A DNA stretch of 64,000 nt from assembly GCF_000485595.1 (NCBI RefSeq), contig NW_014577069.1, forward strand, positions 65,699 to 129,698. The letters are read 5' to 3'. The DNA comes from Priapulus caudatus (taxonomy: Eukaryota). A program made the position numbers and the translations under genes. The first letter of the stretch is position 1. Every line of letters begins with the position of its first letter. This document shows positions 12,034 through 28,413 of the stretch, one piece after another. The notes below the pieces were generated by a model, which was given only the letters and a program-made list of their open reading frames with translations, did not search any database and was not told the origin of the DNA.

Positions 12034-14934
12034 GCGTGCAGTATCATCCACAATAGCCAAACACCCTTCATAGACAACTACGCATCAAAACCCCTGAATG
12101 GTGCAATGGTGAAGCAGTGTGTGACATAAAATGGGACCTTCCAGTCGGCTCTTTTCGCCCTGTTTAATGAATTTCAAGATTGGGCACTGTGACCATTTGA
12201 TATTGTCGTTGCGGTGAAAGTCACCAATTTCTATTTATTTTTTCTTAATATCTTACCTGTCGGTAATTTGAGTACTATAGATGATGGTCATTGTGCTGGT
12301 ACTTGCAACTATGCCAGAACTCATACTGCATGCCACTCCATGTTGACCAGCAGTACTGAGAAATTAGCATGCTTATCCCAACAAAATACAATGCAGCCAG
12401 TATATGATAACAGAATAATAATAACAGATCAATATTTTGAGACAGAAGCATTAAGATAAAGGTAGATTCTATAATACGATTATAGACAATAGGTATTAGC
12501 ATAAGTTTGGTGTCCTCATGCTGGTTCTTGTTTTTATTTTGAAATTGTTTGTATAAAGTTTTTTCATACAAGGTTGTTGCTGTATGGAATGCTGTGAGGC
12601 AAGGCTCTGCCATATTCTTTTTTAGTTGTTACTGTCCACGTCATCATGGTGTAGTCTTTTTAATAGAAATGGTGGAATATATCACCTGAAGGTTTAAGAG
12701 AGTAGGAGAAGGGGAGGGAGGGTGGAGAGATTGGACACATGCGTAGCATGTCTGAAAAACCATAACATTTACTTCATGGAAGTTATTGCATGTTAATTAT
12801 GTGATGGGGTGTACAAGGATTGTATATGGCTAAAATCTCGATTCTGTGAGAAATGGGTATTTCAAGCAATTGAAAAATATGTTAAGGTGTACGAATTTTA
12901 GGTGTCAGAGTTTGGTAACGTTACGAACCCTGCGTGAGTCGTGTCTGCATTGGTAGCCCCTCCAGAGCCATTATGTGCCTTCTCCAGCTGCTGTTTGGTA
13001 GTCTGCCATAAAACAATTCTCTAGGTTTCTAGTAGTTGGGGTGCATACAGTAGTCGGTTATCTTACTGTTACTAATTGTGAGTAAAACTTCAGGCTTGTA
13101 ATAGATGCGTCACGGCGAGGCATAGGCGTGTGCATCTTCCTGCATGCCACACCACGTGTGCATGGGTTGCAACATTTTCAGTCTCTACATATTATTGAGG
13201 GCAGGAGGCTTGCAGGTGTATTCGTCAGTGCAGTTGACTCGTTTGTTAAGCTGATAAGGAGAGTTAGTATACATGAGTGTTACATGTGTTAGTTGAATAA
13301 ATACCTTAACGCACAGTTGGAATTTTAATTCTAGGTGACATATTGAAACGTGTGATTGCACAATGTTACAAATCCCTGTTCGTACGTTGTTAGATACATT
13401 CATACTTGTTCATACATTCTTATAGATTTGATTAGAAAACCCCCTAACTCATGCTTTGCTTCATATTGGACAAGCTAATATATGTACATTTAGAAATGTA
13501 TGGATTTTCGTGACTGACAGTATAGTATGAAGATGAGGATTAATTTTATTAAGGGATGACATGCGAGAAAAATACTATATGTATGTAATATTATAAATTG
13601 TCTGATAATTTCAGTGACAAGTGTTGACCCTGGTGACTGCACAGTGTGGTGACATTTTGTTTTTGTTAATTTTCATCGCTAGTTTTGTGACGGTGCTGTG
13701 ATGCCATCTAATCAATTTGTGGATACGGTTACATAAATATTGAATATAAGGTCATGAATAATACAAGCTGCCACTCATCTCATCATAGTAATTGTTTATG
13801 TACAGATGTTATTGCCAGTATAAACGATATCATGATGACCGGCATGTGCTTCGTGTTTAAATTGATTAGATTAGTTCCGACCACTTCCATTCCTCCATCT
13901 TGGATTGTTGGTATCGCCTTGAACTGTGGACACCAATGACATTTTTGTTTGTCAGAGTAGACTTACAGACTATCTACTGTTACATACAGGCATCTACTGT
14001 TACATTTTGACAAAATATCATGTAAAAAAAGATTTTAAAGCACCCTTTTTTGGTCTTTCAAGAAATATATATATATGGAGATAGAGAATTTTTAGATAGA
14101 GAATAGAACATTTCCTGCTTACTGACATATCGTACTCTTCTGTATCGAGCTTGTACCTCGAGTTATAAATAACAAATACATAACAATAGTATTGAAAGGT
14201 CTATTCATTTAATACATTTATTTTTGTTCTAAAGCACTGCTATATACACAAGTTACAGAATAGTTCACACAATTATGCACTTCACCATTTCTGACGAGAA
14301 ACGGGCCATTTATTTAACATGGAAAGCTCAATTAACTTTTCCTTTGGAATGTATCCGTGACAAACAAGTCAAATTGAAAACTGTATTACTAAAATATTTG
14401 TTCTAGTTGAGACCGGTGAAGTACCTTATCAGGTGCCAATGTATGGCACTTGGTTTGGTAAAAGCGAGTTGATTTCAAATTGGACATTTTACTAATATCC
14501 ATGAACAACATTTACATCATATTACCTTATATTATAAATGTTCTTGTATGGCAGGCATGTGCATATTGTACAGAGTGTAAAGGTTAATGAACAGTTTCAG
14601 ATAATGGAAATACATCTATCAACTTACTTCCCATTTATAATGGTGTATCTTTGTTACATTACCTTAACTATAATTACAGATGTGATGTAAAAGCAAATTT
14701 CCAAACTTGACTTTGACATATTTATCACTAGCAACCACAAACCAAACTATTTCTTTTATGCAGTGTTTATGGCAGTAAGTTTTCAGATGTGGTGTGTGAA
14801 AGAATTGGCTTACAGTTTCTCCTGGCAAAATTTTCACGCCATTAAATTTTGCACCTTCCTTGAGTGCCAGAAAATGTTTAAGAAAGGTCAACATGTGAAG
14901 CTGCTATTGGTGCCTATTCCTGTTTTAGGAGATA

Positions 14935-15687
14935 CTATTTCTTCCACTTTTCTAACTGGGTGTATTTCGTCATGGGCTTACCTCCAACGCCACACGTTCC
15001 CACCCCTACTCGCCCTGTGACACTGTCCGGAGTCGCAAATATGCTCTTTTTGACCATGCCTTTCTTATGACCTTTTCCAAACGTTTTGCTATTGAAGTCT
15101 TGCCACTTGCCCTTCTCCTTCTCCCTCTCCTCCTCCATCTCCTTCATCCGCGCTGCCTTCTTCTGCGCCTTCTTGCGTTTGTACTCCTTCTGGTCGGCGA
15201 TGATGTCCTTTTTCGACTTGGGTCGACCATCCGCATTCTTCTGGCCGTGCGCGGCCTCCGACGGCCGTAACAACGTGACCTTCGTCAGGTCCGTGTTTCC
15301 GTACTCGGCGAACGTGACGGTGCAGTCGCCGGACTCGGTGATCTCGTCAACCTCGGCCTCGTACCAACCGCCATCATGCGACCACTGCGCGATGCACTGG
15401 TCCCCCGGCCGCCAACTCGGGGCGTCGGCGGCGACGTACACGGCGGGCACGCTGACGTTCGTCGTCGTTGCCGTCGACGACAGCTCCGGCGTCTCCTCCG
15501 CCACGCTCGGCGCCACCGCGTCCACCTTGTTCGTCACAAGGTCGCTCGTGAGGTCGATGACCTCCTGCAAGTCTTTCTGCAATTTCAAGAGGTCCTCGTT
15601 GTCGGCGTCGTTCATCAGAGCCGCCTCGACTTGCGCGAGCTGCACCTGATAGTTGGCCAGGTTTCCGGCAAGGTCCTCCTCTGCCAT
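14935..15687 (-). CDS. SMNDC1: Survival of motor neuron-related splicing factor 30 (SPF30), 250 aa, single coding exon
   Basis: ORF with N-terminal LANYQVQLAQVEAAL..DLLKLQKDLQEVIDLT helix, Tudor domain (WRPGDQCIAQWSHDGGWYEAEVDEI..CTVTFAEYGN), basic coiled coil and C-terminal KSIFATPDSVTGRVGVGTCGVGGKPMT motif. A 3' acceptor (ttttcattcatcacag) lies at 15770-15771 in the 5' UTR; minus-strand AATAAA at 14217-14222. Confidence 0.96.
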   Translation of the reverse strand: MAEEDLAGNLANYQVQLAQVEAALMNDADNEDLLKLQKDLQEVIDLTSDLVTNKVDAVAPSVAEETPELSSTATTTNVSVPAVYVAADAPSWRPGDQCIAQWSHDGGWYEAEVDEITESGDCTVTFAEYGNTDLTKVTLLRPSEAAHGQKNADGRPKSKKDIIADQKEYKRKKAQKKAARMKEMEEEREKEKGKWQDFNSKTFGKGHKKGMVKKSIFATPDSVTGRVGVGTCGVGGKPMTKYTQLEKWKK

Positions 15688-15927
15688 GATGCAAGTCGGT
15701 GACAGTTTCTGTTACTGGTTGTGCTGCACAACCCGGTAGTCTGTGCGCTATTTATATTTGCCTCCTGCACTGTGATGAATGAAAACAAAAAAGGTCAAAT
15801 TTACTTGGACACTCATGATTAAGCTCAATAACTTCCCATCTATCTTGCCTAAATTAAAAAAAATTTATATAATAAATCTGAAGTACAATATTCATACAGT
15901 CTGAATGTACAACATTTAAATACAGCC

Positions 15928-16216
15928 CAGGGTTTCTTCTGAGGGAAAATTAGACAAAGGAGATAATGGCCAGTTTGGGGAAAAAACGCGCATGATGAAT
16001 TCAAAGGCATGCCGTAGGCACGCATGACCGAGTGTCACATGACTCAATAAATACACATGGCAATCTAAATATGCCAGAAGCACGTGGTGATCTATGTATT
16101 TTTGGGTTGACACTATTTTGACAACGGCAGGTAAATACAGGAAGGGTTTCACAACGGCGATGTTAAATTTGACAACGGCGGTGCGCCACTGTGCCTCTTA
16201 TGTATAAGAAACCCTG
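15928..16216. mobile_element. hAT-like MITE, about 5-bp TSD
   Basis: cagcc|CAGGGTTTCTT ... AAGAAACCCTG|cagca. Confidence 0.6.
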
Positions 16217-16639
16217 CAGCATCGTACTAATTTTCCTCAGGCACATTTTACAAATAATGAGAAGTTTGAATGATTTTATTTTATTGATATGAGATCTTGA
16301 GATTTACATAATATGCAGGGTTAGACACTAACCATTTTAGTTCATTAGTCCACAGGACTAGTAAAAGAAAAAATGTACTAGTCCTTCCAAGATTCTACTA
16401 GTCCTGCCGAAGGACTCTTACTAGGCGCAGAGCGACAAGAATTGTGATTTGCCAGGAGGTAGGTGGGGTAGGAGGGTGGAGCCCCCCTTCTGCTAGGGGG
16501 TACAGTGGGGTCTCTCCCAGGGTACAAGGGGTGTCCCCCAGAAAGGTTTTGTAAAAGACATTCAATTGTATAAAATACATTTAACTTTGATATGGATCGT
16601 AAGATTAAAATTTAAATTAAATAAAATTTAAATTTGAAA

Positions 16640-16890
16640 ATAAAATTTCGGCCTCCTTTGATGAGGAATCTGTGGATCCGTCACTTATCACAGCAAGGAA
16701 TTTGGCCTCATTTATAGCTACAAACTGTTCCCGGCGCCTTGTATCGGCTATCGTCGTAATGAACCTCTGGCAGGCCTTGTCAGTGAGGTAAGTGCTGCCG
16801 ACATCTAACCCCTTGGCCTTGTCAAGCTGGCACAGCTTGACGTAATCGGTGTAGGACCTGGCGTTTTTCCAATAGCATGTGCATTTCTAA
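16640..16890 (-). pseudogene. Degenerate hAT (ZNF862-like) transposase fragment
   Basis: Minus strand reads, with frameshifts, RNAHAIGK..RSYTDYVKLCQLDKAKGLDVGSTYLTDKACQRFITTIAD..AINEAKFLAVISDGSTDSSSKEAEILF, including the DGSTD first catalytic aspartate motif. Confidence 0.75.
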
Positions 16891-17049
16891 TGGGGTTCGC
16901 CATTTACTAATCGCTGGATAGATGGCGTGCGTGCACTGTCCGGTATCACTGCTAAACAATGGCGTCTAGTTACGAAGGAAAAACCGTAAATGAATTGAAA
17001 TCAGAGTTGCAAAGTAGAGGTGCAAAGACCTCTGGGAGGAAAGCTGATC

Positions 17050-17623
17050 TGCACGTACACGTACGCTTGCGTACGTGTGCACGTACACGTGGGTGCGTGC
17101 GCACGTACACGCGTGTGCACGTACACGTGCGTGCGTGCGTGTGCAGGTACAACTGCGTGCGTGTGCACGTACACGTGCATGCGTGGGCACGTACACGTGT
17201 GTGCGTGCGTGTGCACGTACACGTGCGTGCGTGCGTGTGCACCTACACGTGGTTGCGTGCGTGCGTGTGCACGTACACGTGCGTGCGCGCATAGGCACGT
17301 ACACGTGTGTGTGTGCACGTACACGTGCGGGCGTGTGTGCGTGGGCACGTACACGTGTGTGCGTGAGTGCGTGTGCACGTACACGTGCGTCCGTGCATAG
17401 ACACGTACACGTGTGTGTGTGCACGTACACGTGCGGGCGTGTGTGCGTGGGCACGTACACGTGTGTGCGTGCGTGCGTGTGCACGTACACGTGCGTCCGT
17501 GCATAGACACGTACACGTGCGTGCGTAGGCACGTACATGTGTGTGTGTGTGTGTGTGTGTGCGTGCGTGTGCACGTACACGTGCGGGCGTGCGTGTGCAC
17601 GTACACGTGCGGGCGTGCGTGTG
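17050..17623 (+). repeat. Complex alternating purine-pyrimidine satellite (GTGCACGTACACGTGC core) running into a gap
   Basis: Directly visible; gap 17624-18321 follows. Confidence 0.9.
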
Positions 17624-18321
17624 NNNNNNNNNNNNNNNNNNNNNNNNNNNNNNNNNNNNNNNNNNNNNNNNNNNNNNNNNNNNNNNNNNNNNNNNNNNNN
17701 NNNNNNNNNNNNNNNNNNNNNNNNNNNNNNNNNNNNNNNNNNNNNNNNNNNNNNNNNNNNNNNNNNNNNNNNNNNNNNNNNNNNNNNNNNNNNNNNNNNN
17801 NNNNNNNNNNNNNNNNNNNNNNNNNNNNNNNNNNNNNNNNNNNNNNNNNNNNNNNNNNNNNNNNNNNNNNNNNNNNNNNNNNNNNNNNNNNNNNNNNNNN
17901 NNNNNNNNNNNNNNNNNNNNNNNNNNNNNNNNNNNNNNNNNNNNNNNNNNNNNNNNNNNNNNNNNNNNNNNNNNNNNNNNNNNNNNNNNNNNNNNNNNNN
18001 NNNNNNNNNNNNNNNNNNNNNNNNNNNNNNNNNNNNNNNNNNNNNNNNNNNNNNNNNNNNNNNNNNNNNNNNNNNNNNNNNNNNNNNNNNNNNNNNNNNN
18101 NNNNNNNNNNNNNNNNNNNNNNNNNNNNNNNNNNNNNNNNNNNNNNNNNNNNNNNNNNNNNNNNNNNNNNNNNNNNNNNNNNNNNNNNNNNNNNNNNNNN
18201 NNNNNNNNNNNNNNNNNNNNNNNNNNNNNNNNNNNNNNNNNNNNNNNNNNNNNNNNNNNNNNNNNNNNNNNNNNNNNNNNNNNNNNNNNNNNNNNNNNNN
18301 NNNNNNNNNNNNNNNNNNNNN
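17624..18321. other. Assembly gap (N run)
   Basis: Ns in sequence. Confidence 1.
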
Positions 18322-18721
18322 GTTTGTTCTATGTCAACAGCTACTGTCAAGCGATCGATTGGTAGACTGGGTTCGTGGCCCCAATGTTTGTACTGCCGTA
18401 GGGTCTAGCATGCTTAGAGCGTGCTAGCGTCTACTCTACTTGGACTAGCGCGTCTAACAGGAAAAACTTGTTAATGGGGACGAGTTACATATAGCTCTTT
18501 GGATCTTGGATGAGAGACGCTGCCGCCGGTAAAATCGATGGGAAATTGGGACGGTGAAAATATAACTAGTCCCGCCGGACTAACTGCTATGGGAATCTAC
18601 TAGTCCTTCTGATTTTTTACTAGTCTCGGACTAACGGACTAGCGTTAGTGTCGAACCCTGATATGTCAATCATTCTCTTGGGCAGTAAATACATTTCGTG
18701 TTTATTTACCATTATTTTTTT

Positions 18722-19856
18722 CGCAGTGGCTATGTGTCCGGAACCGGTCGCCTAGCCTCCAGGCTACGCATCCGGACATCCACTCACACAGTGATCGCGC
18801 GACTCGCGTACACGCATGATTGCGCAACGGGACGCTCTGCTGATTGTTGAAAATATACAATATATGCACTGCTGCCGTCTATCTTTTCATCCGTCCTCTC
18901 TCGCTCTTTCTCTCTCTCACACACACGCACAGCTCTCTCTCTCTCTCACACACCTCTAGTTCTCTCTCTCTCTCTCTCTCACGCATACATACACACACAT
19001 ACACATTTCCCCTCTCTCTCTCTCGCTCACACACACAATCGGCAATCAGCAGAGTGTCCCGTTGCGCAATCATGTGTGTACGTAGACCGAATATTTCTGT
19101 CCCATATAACCTTTTTTATATTTTGGTGAGGAACGGGGTTCATTGAAATTTCGTGAGATCGCATGCAAAATGCATGCGCTGCGAATGCGGCCCGTACGCT
19201 GCTATTGGCGCGAAAGAAAAAAACCCGACCGTTCCCTTCTACATGGCTTTACCTTGCTACTGATATGTGTATACATTCACTTCAATCGTTATTTACTTCT
19301 TAAAAGATCGTTTTTCATAAACCCCGCTTTATTAACTTTCGTAAATTATGTCGGCCATTTACAAACAATCAGACCAATCAGAGCGAGTTTTACAATAGCC
19401 CCTGGTTCTCGCTTGTATCTGTGGCGCTGCAGGAGGCCTGATAGACTCGCTGTGATTGGTCTGATTGTTTGGAAAAGGGCCGACGTAATTTACTAAAGTT
19501 AATGAAGCGGGGTTTATCAAAAACAGTCTTTTAAGAAGTAAATAACGATTAAAGTGAATGTATACACATATCAGTAGCAAGGTAAAGCCATGTAGAAGGG
19601 AACGGTAGGTTTTTTTTCGCGCCAATAGCGGCATACGGGCCGCATTTGCAGCGAATGCATTTTGCATGCGATCTCACGAAATTTCAATGAACCCCGTTCT
19701 GTCCCAATATAACCTTCACCAAAATATAAAAAAGGTTGTATGGGACAGAATTATTCGGTCTAGTGTGTACGTGTCGCAAGATGACTGTGTGAGATGGATG
19801 TCCGGACGCGTAGCCTAGCGGCTCCTCGTCCGGATCCGGTCGCGTAGCCACGGCCT
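18722..19856. mobile_element. Older MITE with about 120-bp degenerate TIRs and (CT)n/(CA)n core, interrupted by the foldback at 19083-19762
   Basis: GTGGCTATGTGTCCGGAACCGG..GGCTACGCATCCGGACATCC..GCGCAACGGGACGCTCTGCTGATTG has its inverse split across 19043-19082 and 19772-19852. Confidence 0.65.
19083..19762. mobile_element. Foldback (almost fully palindromic) element, TAG...CTA ends, 9-bp TSD; copy 1
   Basis: GTGTGTACG|TAGACCGAA ... TTCGGTCTA|GTGTGTACG; about 310-bp arms, about 55-bp spacer; second copy at 49632-50325. Confidence 0.9.
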
Positions 19857-20254
19857 ATTTATTTTATTGAGACGTTCCAAGTGCCTGTTGGGGTAAGGGT
19901 AATGTTTAGATAGGCGCGCTACTGTCGTCGTCAAGGTATGTTACGACTGTACACTGGTTGAGCCAAGAGGTCCGTATCAGTAACTACTTTAATTTTCACA
20001 CACACTGACTGAAATACACAGTGACAGTTCATAGCGTTGCCGTTGGCGTTGGCTAGAGTAGATGAGCCACGCTTTTTATTTGTACTAGACGTCTAGTTTG
20101 CTATACAGATTAATTATAAATATTTTCTAACACATGAATAAGGTGTGTTTGATGGTGTTATCAGATTAACTACGTATACCAACCTAAATATGTTTAAAAT
20201 TATAAGTATAACACAATAAACACTTTCTCGATACAAATATAACTTGACATAAGC

Positions 20255-20640
20255 GACCGGAAGTTCCGGAAGCTAGCCGTATGTGATAATAAATATGCAT
20301 GTTTATATAGTTTTGTAATTATCTCGCACAAAGCTTATTTCACAGGTAGTTAGTTTAAATCCTAACTTTACACCATAGAACAGTAATACTTATTATTGAA
20401 TTCTTACCTCATTGATATATTATTTAGCAAGTGATTATTTACTATTTTACAATAAAAATAATCCGACAAATTTGTTGCATATGATACGTCAGCAGAGAAT
20501 TGTGGGAACGTGGCAACGTCACCCGAAGTCGCATCTACGGTTCTGCTACGGTTTGCACCGAGTTCATAGTTTCCTGCTTTATATCTTGGCTTGCTGCTCT
20601 GTTGTACCTTCAGTAATATAGATAAATCTTCATAGTAATC
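20255..20640. promoter_or_regulatory. Probable bidirectional promoter shared by SMNDC1 (non-coding first exon, minus) and SEC61B
   Basis: Minus-strand donor GAG|GTAAGAA at about 20407, SEC61B ATG at 20641, tandem ETS-like CCGGAAGTTCCGGAAG at about 20257-20272, pyrimidine-rich TTTCCTGCTTT at about 20570. Confidence 0.55.
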
Positions 20641-24689
<4,049 letters not shown>

Positions 24690-25658
24690 AAGACGAAATA
24701 GAGCGGATTCTGCATTAAAGTATATGTGAGCCATGCTAAATCTTTGTGGATTGCTTTGAAGAGGATACAACAGTGACTGAATGGCGACGGACAGAAGCAC
24801 TTGAGGTCGTGTGTACTTGAGGGTTTTATAAACTAGCATTTCCATCATAATGAGTAGTTTTGAGGGTGCCCTTGTTATAGTGAGTTTTGGTATAGGTTGG
24901 TCAAGTATTTATTTGATGTAGACTCTGTTGTTGTACTATTAATTGTGGCTGACATTTTCTACCTTTACGAACTACTACTACTACTACTACTGACACTGCT
25001 ATTGAAATTGCTCCCATGGTTGTTGGGAGGTCTCTTGTTTTGTTGGAATCGTCTTATTTACATTTAAGTTAGCGTGTGTGTTATTTACATTACACGTTTT
25101 TAATTCATTAAGAGTCTATAAGGTAGTTTGGTGCAATTTGATTGTGAGTTCATCAGTAGCACAGTGCACCTATACTGCAGGAGGGTGGAGTAAGCCATCT
25201 TGGATTGAAGTGCAGCTATGCTGTAGACAGAGCTATTCCAGCCTATCTATCTATACTGGAGGGTTGGGAGGTCTAGCTCATAGTCCCTACCTGCAGTAGT
25301 AAATGTTTAAGCAGTCCAGTACAGGTCATAACTGATCGCCTTACAAAGCTCATGCTAGCAGTAGCATTACAGGTGGTAGACTGGAACTGTCACATTTTCA
25401 CAAGGTAGAAGAATCATGTGAATATAAGCAGTGTTGGCTGCAGTACTTGCTAATGCAGTTTTAGATAGTAGTGGCATTTTGGTGGTTTAATAGGTGACTG
25501 ATGGTCTTGTTATACTAACTCTAGCACATTATAACAATGGGCATCGCAATTGTCAACGTTCACATACAGTCTTTTATGAGCATTCCATTGCAAGTATTGT
25601 GTAGACGTTGATCCAATGGGAATAACATATTTGTTTAAAAAAATAAAAGTATGTATTG

Positions 25659-26388
25659 TTTTTAGCTCATCTGACATAGTCAGATGCAGCTTGTAGAATC
25701 GCATGATCGTCCGTCCGTCCGTCCGTCCGTGCGAGCGTCCGTGCGTCCGTCAACAGTTGGGCACAAATCTTAACCGCTCGACGTAAATACAGACTGCTTT
25801 AGAAAATAATATGATTAAGGAGCCGTAAACCTTGTCACACAAACGATTTGCCTTTGCAATTTGAACATGTGCAACTGTAAGCCTCACATCCACATAGAGC
25901 AAAAGCAGGGTTTCAGTCCTTTGTACAGTCAACAAATCCATGGTTTAACCTCCCTCTTGAGGGTGAAAAGGTTATCCGCACTTACTCTTTCGCATGTCAG
26001 CAGAAAGTACATTTCACTGGTCCTTTCAATAAAGCCATAAAATGCTAGGTCAGCCGCTGAAACAAAAAAGTTTTTTCAAATCGCTCCGTCACACCATGTT
26101 CCTTCAGAAAAGTTCAAAATTCAGCCCTGGGCCCTTGACCTGATGACCGTCCAACTGGCACAGTGATGGCTTTCTACCATGAAGTGCTATCCACCGACTA
26201 TACGAGCTAGGTCGAGCGCCGTTTAGATTTGATGCCGCCAACTTCTGCATTCCTCCCTATACTTAAGTAAGGAGGAATGTTCCCCTTCTTTTACACCTCT
26301 TACCTTTGACCTTTGACCCCCTCAGCTTCGAGCATCCCGAACTCCATTTTGACGATCCCCCCAACGTCCCAATATATCGTGACCATAC
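25659..26388. mobile_element. Third copy of the Helentron/DINE-like family, internally inverted, running into a gap
   Basis: 25659-25781 matches 6270-6400 in the same orientation; about 25940-26388 matches about 6400-6845 in reverse complement with many errors near the gap. Confidence 0.75.
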
Positions 26389-26874
26389 NNNNNNNNNNNN
26401 NNNNNNNNNNNNNNNNNNNNNNNNNNNNNNNNNNNNNNNNNNNNNNNNNNNNNNNNNNNNNNNNNNNNNNNNNNNNNNNNNNNNNNNNNNNNNNNNNNNN
26501 NNNNNNNNNNNNNNNNNNNNNNNNNNNNNNNNNNNNNNNNNNNNNNNNNNNNNNNNNNNNNNNNNNNNNNNNNNNNNNNNNNNNNNNNNNNNNNNNNNNN
26601 NNNNNNNNNNNNNNNNNNNNNNNNNNNNNNNNNNNNNNNNNNNNNNNNNNNNNNNNNNNNNNNNNNNNNNNNNNNNNNNNNNNNNNNNNNNNNNNNNNNN
26701 NNNNNNNNNNNNNNNNNNNNNNNNNNNNNNNNNNNNNNNNNNNNNNNNNNNNNNNNNNNNNNNNNNNNNNNNNNNNNNNNNNNNNNNNNNNNNNNNNNNN
26801 NNNNNNNNNNNNNNNNNNNNNNNNNNNNNNNNNNNNNNNNNNNNNNNNNNNNNNNNNNNNNNNNNNNNNNNNNN
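26389..26874. other. Assembly gap (N run)
   Basis: Ns in sequence. Confidence 1.
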
Positions 26875-28413
26875 GGTGATGGGAGGGTGCTCTTCATTCG
26901 TTTGCCAGTGAGTTTAGCATCAGAACACCTGCCGTCAGGTGAGCGCTGTCGCTCTGCGGCACTTGTTTTATTATCTTGTCCTGTTCCTAAATGATGATTA
27001 CAAACAGCATTCAGCACAATTCAGATACAGATCTGATAATGTATTGATCACGTAAAAAGAAATTGGTTAGACAGTAACCATTTTTAATGATTCATCATTT
27101 CATAACACATCTACAGTAATTTGTATGTATGCCACGTATCACTATAATAAGCACAAGCAGGTGCTCTGGTCCCATCACACCATGCTTTCAAATCATAACT
27201 CTAACACGGAAAAGCCCCGAATATTTAAATAAAATTTAAGAAACGGCAAACAAGTATAACCAGTACACTCCATAAACCCAATCGATATGGGTGCGTACTC
27301 CTTACATTTGATGACACAACACACGTGATTTTGCACTACAAATTACACTTCAAAGTATGACTTTATACCAAAAATATCTGATAACAGTTAAGGTATACTG
27401 ATAATCCAAAGCTGCAAGGGACCTGAGATACACTGAGAGCCAAAGATGTATACGTAAACCACGACTACATTTATACACACAAATTTAAACACAAGTTGGT
27501 GAGAACATTTGCAAAGCACGGTTTTAAAACAGAAGCATCTTAGTAGGTGCAACAGGTCAACTTATGACATAGTAACTGAAGTGAGATGAGGGCAACTGTG
27601 AGATTTTTGTTCATGATATGAAGATGATATCATAAGATAAGAAAATAATAAATACAATTCATATCTTATCAGCATAATCAACATAGCCGAATGAATGGTT
27701 ATATAACAGGAACCTAAACATTTTGAAAATCACTTTATGCCATACAATAACTTGATCCAGACCACAACAATTTTAAATAGACATGATGGCCAAAAAAAAT
27801 CACTACTATATAAACAGTAAAATATTTTCGATGGCAATAATGTTGAACATTTTTACATTTAAAGTTTCGTCGCGTTTTAGAAAAACTCGAGTGCTATATG
27901 CATTGAGTTTACAATATAGTCGGACAATTTCATAATCTAGTACATCTGCGCAAATATACAAAGATGGTTATTAAATAACAGCTTCCACTCGGGTTTGCAC
28001 ACTAATCTGTACATGCGTGTGCGTTCGTAAGTGCGCGCATGTGCAGTGCGTATATATATGATATTTATAGCATTATTTAGACACATTACAAAATAAAAAC
28101 AAACTAAATGTTGTAAATATTGTAATAATTACATACTTACCACATCACCAAACTGGCCTTGAAGAGATTTTCTTAACGTTTAGTAAATGATGCTACGAAA
28201 GGTGTTTTTACATCAGCGCTGGCTATGATCAACAGAAAATCAACAATCTAGTTTTAACAAGGCACCCCCCCGAACAATACGCAGACAGGACAAGACAACA
28301 GATGACGTCGCGTGCTAATACGTCTGCTACATGCAAACAGGTGAGCGAAGATTCCGTCGCACAGCTCCTCCTCAAACACATGCGTCGAAAACATTCAATG
28401 CGTCGATCACCTC

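Larger units (their letters stand above)
16316..18660. mobile_element. hAT-like element with 5-bp TSD, carrying a transposase remnant, a SAP-like ORF start, a satellite and an assembly gap
   Basis: atatg|CAGGGTTAGACACTAAC ... GTTAGTGTCGAACCCTG|atatg; GGACTAG subterminal repeats at both ends. Confidence 0.8.

Noticed and set aside
15067..15702. Overlapping and antisense ORFs on SMNDC1
   Set aside because: Shadow frames of a GC-rich CDS.
16966..18427. Long ORFs of 200-449 aa
   Set aside because: Satellite sequence plus N gap read as X.
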